A DNA stretch of 21,692 bases from Promethearchaeota archaeon (GTDB taxonomy: Archaea > Asgardarchaeota > Lokiarchaeia > Sigyniarchaeales > SOKP01), in assembly GCA_048938025.1 (NCBI GenBank), contig JBHLMP010000058.1:1-21692 (forward strand). The letters are read 5' to 3'. Numbering within the stretch: the stretch's first letter is position 1; each line of letters starts with the position of its first letter. Shown here one piece after another: positions 18,755 to 21,692 of this stretch. The position numbers and the translations under genes are program-made. A model generated the notes under the pieces. The model worked only from the letters and a program-made list of their open reading frames with translations, was not told the origin of the DNA and ran no database searches.

Positions 18755-19309
18755 ATGAAAAAAGTAACTCTTAGTGAAAAACTTACTGTATTCCCTATGC
18801 CAGCAGCAGTAATATCTGTAGGGACAGGGGAAGAAGCAAATTTAATTACTCTAGCATATGTTGGGAAAGTTTGTCTCAAACCACCAATTGTTGTGATTTC
18901 AATACAACCTAAGCGACATTCTTATCATTTAATTGAAAAACATAGCGAATTTGTTATTAATTATCCTACCGTCGAACAGTTAAAAGAATTGGATTATTGT
19001 GGAACACGTTCAGGAAGAAATGTCAATAAATGGAAAGAATTAAATTTAACCAAAGAAAATGGATCGATAGTTCAAGTCCCATTGGTTAAAGAATTTCCTT
19101 GGAATATGGAATGTAAAGTAATAAATCGATTGGAATTGGGATCACATGTTTGTTATTTTGGTGAAGTAGTTGCTACTCATTCAGATCCTAAATATGTTAA
19201 AAATGATAATTTAGATCCTAATAAATTTAACTTCTTCGCCTATATTTCTGGTAATTATATTGGTTTAAAAAAGGGTGCAATAGAAAAGCATGGATTTACA
19301 GAGGAATAA
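18755..19309 (+). CDS. Flavin reductase-like protein (RutF/DIM6/NTAB, flavoredoxin family)
   Basis: PMPAAVISV, ANLITLAY, EFVINYP, CGTRSGRNVNK and MECKV...GSHVCYFGEVV. Confidence 0.88.
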   Translation: MKKVTLSEKLTVFPMPAAVISVGTGEEANLITLAYVGKVCLKPPIVVISIQPKRHSYHLIEKHSEFVINYPTVEQLKELDYCGTRSGRNVNKWKELNLTKENGSIVQVPLVKEFPWNMECKVINRLELGSHVCYFGEVVATHSDPKYVKNDNLDPNKFNFFAYISGNYIGLKKGAIEKHGFTEE

Positions 19310-19422
19310 TCTCTTAGATATTTTATTCTTTTCCTATAATCTAATATTTTATTTTTTTAAAAACAATATAATGTTAAATTTAAACTTATAATAAAAATTA
19401 AGATATAAAAACAAAATTTATT

Positions 19423-19950
19423 ATGACCAAAGATTCTATAGCGCTCATTGGATTTATGGCAACAGGTAAAAGTACAATTGGTAAAAAATTGGCAGATTAT
19501 CTAGGTGATGATTATAGATTTATTGAAACTGACCAATTAATTGTTGAAATTGCTGGTAAATCCATTCCAAGTATATTTGCGGAAGAAGGAGAAGAGAAAT
19601 TTCGAAAATATGAAATGATAGTTTGTGGAAAAGCTTCCAAATTGAAAAATGTAGTAATTTCATGTGGAGGTGGCGCTGTCTTAAATAGGGTAAATATAAA
19701 AAAATTAAAAAAAAATTGTCATATTGTTTTGCTTAAGACAACTGTAGAGGAAATTTGTAACAGAGTTTTGAAAAATGGGAAAAAAACTAGACCTCTAATA
19801 AATAATGAATATCCAAAAGAAGAAATTGAAAGAATTTTAAATTATAGAGAAGAATTTTACGAAACAGCAGCAGAAATTATTATTAATACAAAAGATAAAT
19901 CGATTGAAGAAATTGTAAATGAAATCATCGAAAAGACTAAAGTTGTTTAA
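19423..19950 (+). CDS. aroK: Shikimate kinase (bacterial-type AroK, NMP-kinase fold)
   Basis: LIGFMATGKSTIG, IFAEEGEEKFR, VISCGGGAV, RPLI and R-x3-Y motifs. Confidence 0.93.
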   Translation: MTKDSIALIGFMATGKSTIGKKLADYLGDDYRFIETDQLIVEIAGKSIPSIFAEEGEEKFRKYEMIVCGKASKLKNVVISCGGGAVLNRVNIKKLKKNCHIVLLKTTVEEICNRVLKNGKKTRPLINNEYPKEEIERILNYREEFYETAAEIIINTKDKSIEEIVNEIIEKTKVV

Positions 19951-20118
19951 ATAAACAGCATTATTCTCTTTCTTTCTTTATTATTTTATCTCTAACCATT
20001 ATAAAAATTAATTTATAGAATTTAGAAAGACACCATAACGTAATGTTATCGTAAAACCTAAATTTAAATTTATCAAACCTTACCTATAATTAAAAAATTA
20101 GGTATAAGAGTGTTAGAC

Positions 20119-20321
20119 ATGACAGAGTGGAAAAGAAATAAATGCCCTAAATGTGGAGAAGAAAATCCTAAAAAGCTTCATGAAGTGGCAGATAAAAGTC
20201 AAGTACTTTATTATTCAATGCAAGGAACACCCGTTTATAAAGCAGATGTATTTTAGAGACATTTGCATAAAAAACATTGTTGAAATGTGGGAATTGCGGA
20301 GAAATTTTCGGTAATGGCTAA
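20119..20321 (+). CDS. Split small zinc-ribbon protein, join(20119..20240,20273..20321), 56 aa after intron removal
   Basis: Spliced product: MTEWKRNKCPKCGEENPKKLHEVADKSQVLYYSMQGTPVYKTLLKCGNCGEIFGNG. The unspliced frame stops at TAG 20254-20256, and the second CxxC lies in another frame. Absent from the ORF track. Confidence 0.8.
20241..20272 (+). other. Candidate 32-nt bulge-helix-bulge (archaeal-type) mRNA intron
   Basis: Central helix TTAT 20235-20238 / ATAA 20267-20270. Bulges AAA 20239-20241 and AAA 20271-20273. Intron stem GCAGATGT 20242-20249 / ACATTTGC 20259-20266. Exon-exon pairs GT 20233-20234 / AC 20274-20275 and AACA 20226-20229 / TGTT 20278-20281. Confidence 0.75.
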
Positions 20322-20334
20322 ATCTAATTAGATA

Positions 20335-20362
20335 TTTCTCTTTTTTTTATTTTATATTTCTT
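20335..20362 (+). terminator. Archaeal-type oligo-T terminator candidate
   Basis: T-rich tract (tttctcttttttttattttatatttctt) shortly after the TAA at 20321. Confidence 0.4.
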
Positions 20363-20386
20363 ATGAAGATAGGATTATTTAGATTT

Positions 20387-21592
20387 CTACTCTAAGTATA
20401 AAATGATTTTATTTTGAGCTTTTAACATATCTAGCATGATAAGTTTCATAGCATCTTTAATATCTGGCACATTATTTGGTATACTGCGCTTTGCGTTCAC
20501 ACTTGCCATTAATACTTCATTTAGTCCACGCAGAATCATATCAGGACTGTAAAAGGGTCTATGTGAAGCCCACCAAGTCTGACAGCTGTGAATTCCTCTA
20601 TCAAGCAAATTCCGAGCGTTATCAAAAATTTTCTTTCTCTCATCATCCATACTTTCCCGATATTTAGCAGATAAATGAATCAAAGTGAGGGCATACATGA
20701 AAAATCGATGTTGTTCAATATGGATTTGATTATTTGGGTCGAACCAGAGAGGAAAGGGTACATCTGTGGCAATATCATAAGGCATTGTCGACCAGCTGGA
20801 ATCACGTGGGATTTGAGTAAATCCTTTAGGAAATCTATCAATAATTTCTGAGATAGTGCATATTTTCACGTCATCTCTATGAGGTAAAGCTTGAAAAAGA
20901 GGTATAAGGAAATCTTTTATAGCATGTTTTACGTGATGTCCAAATGTTTCACCATCCATAGCGAGGATAACATACATATCCTCTGAAGTATTCTTGTATT
21001 TTAACCTATTGATAAAAGTCTCAACATTATTAATTTTATCGAAAGCGCAATCGATTGAGATGTAATCATCTCTGAACAATAACTTTAAACCACTTGGATG
21101 TATAGATATATGATTTGTTGGAAATTCTGGTAAAGTATTGGCAATCCCGCTCATTATAATCCAATCAAACCCCGCTTTTTTAACAGTTTTTAAAACCTCT
21201 TCAGAAATTGCCATTTCTGGCGGAAAAAATCCACGAGGGTGATAAAGTTTTCCAAAGAAATGTTGATTGGTTTCATTATTAAGATTTATTTGACGTTTAA
21301 TTTCAGGTTCTGGAATTAAAGGAAGTAAAGGGTGAAATTTACCTGAACCTGTAAATTCGATTTGCCCTCGAGAAGCTATAGATGTAATTAATCCTAATAA
21401 ATCGTCATAGCCAAAATCATGCAATTGCTCAGTTAGAGTTCCATTAATATTTAAAGTAAGTTTAACCTCAGGATGATCCATCAGTGCCTCAATTATGGGC
21501 CTGTATGATTCATTTACAATTTGTTTTATTACTAGAGGGATTTGAACTGGTGGTTGATAAATATGAAATAAGAAAGCAAAATAAACAACCAT
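20387..21592 (-). CDS. Glycoside hydrolase family 57 (alpha-amylase/amylopullulanase-like)
   Basis: HIYQP, ESYRP, HPLLPLI, nucleophile region GFFPPEMA, acid/base region AMDGETFGHH and SSWS. Confidence 0.9.
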   Translation of the reverse strand: MVVYFAFLFHIYQPPVQIPLVIKQIVNESYRPIIEALMDHPEVKLTLNINGTLTEQLHDFGYDDLLGLITSIASRGQIEFTGSGKFHPLLPLIPEPEIKRQINLNNETNQHFFGKLYHPRGFFPPEMAISEEVLKTVKKAGFDWIIMSGIANTLPEFPTNHISIHPSGLKLLFRDDYISIDCAFDKINNVETFINRLKYKNTSEDMYVILAMDGETFGHHVKHAIKDFLIPLFQALPHRDDVKICTISEIIDRFPKGFTQIPRDSSWSTMPYDIATDVPFPLWFDPNNQIHIEQHRFFMYALTLIHLSAKYRESMDDERKKIFDNARNLLDRGIHSCQTWWASHRPFYSPDMILRGLNEVLMASVNAKRSIPNNVPDIKDAMKLIMLDMLKAQNKIILYLE

Positions 21593-21692
21593 ATTATTTA
21601 TAAGAAACCTAGATGTTTTATATTTTTCTTGTGTTGCAATAAGAAAAGAAATGAGTTAAGAAGATTTTTCGAATAATAAGTTATAATATTCT

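Noticed and set aside
20035-20108. Inverted repeats upstream of the split gene (ATAAC-N5-GTTAT at 20035-20049 and an imperfect repeat near 20079-20108)
   Set aside because: Short or imperfect and AT-rich, so not distinguishable from chance without ortholog comparison.
20237-20271. Reading the insert as a mini-transposon footprint: a 25-bp hairpin flanked by ATAAA direct repeats
   Set aside because: Removing the hairpin plus one repeat (30 nt) gives TAT AAA AAA CAT TGT TGA, still a stop and still out of frame with CGNC. The 32-nt BHB excision restores the gene, so that model fits better, although an insertion origin for the intron is not excluded.
18014-20667. Antisense ORFs 18014-18217, 18269-18655 and 20476-20667
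   Set aside because: Shadows of aroE and the GH57 gene.
1-21692. tRNA, rRNA, CRISPR array or insertion sequence
   Set aside because: By eye I found no GC-rich structured RNA, no regularly spaced repeats and no transposase or integrase ORF. A covariance-model scan would be needed to exclude small RNAs.

Overview
AT-rich, gene-dense archaeal window. The archaeal-type uS2, membrane-interrupted M28 peptidases and many small CxxC zinc-ribbon proteins suggest an Asgard archaeon of the Lokiarchaeia type (inference, not a database result). In order it holds: the 3' end of a QueG-like Fe-S protein, ilvD, an M28 peptidase, an orphan N6-adenine DNA methyltransferase whose N-terminus lacks a canonical start, a small membrane protein, a decayed 4-oxalocrotonate tautomerase gene, a TPP enzyme, a radical SAM/HhH + DUF4130 DNA-repair-type pair, cooC, rps2, a membrane protein, an HD protein, a second M28 paralog, tmk, four tandem LITAF-like zinc/membrane genes, tyrA, aroE, a flavin reductase, aroK and a GH57 hydrolase. 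The standout is an unannotated zinc-ribbon gene (20119-20321) broken by a 32-nt insert (20241-20272) that folds into a strict bulge-helix-bulge motif. Cutting at the canonical splicing-endonuclease positions removes an in-frame stop, restores the frame and rejoins the two CxxC halves, so it is a candidate archaeal-type mRNA intron. I saw no tRNA, rRNA, CRISPR array or transposase.
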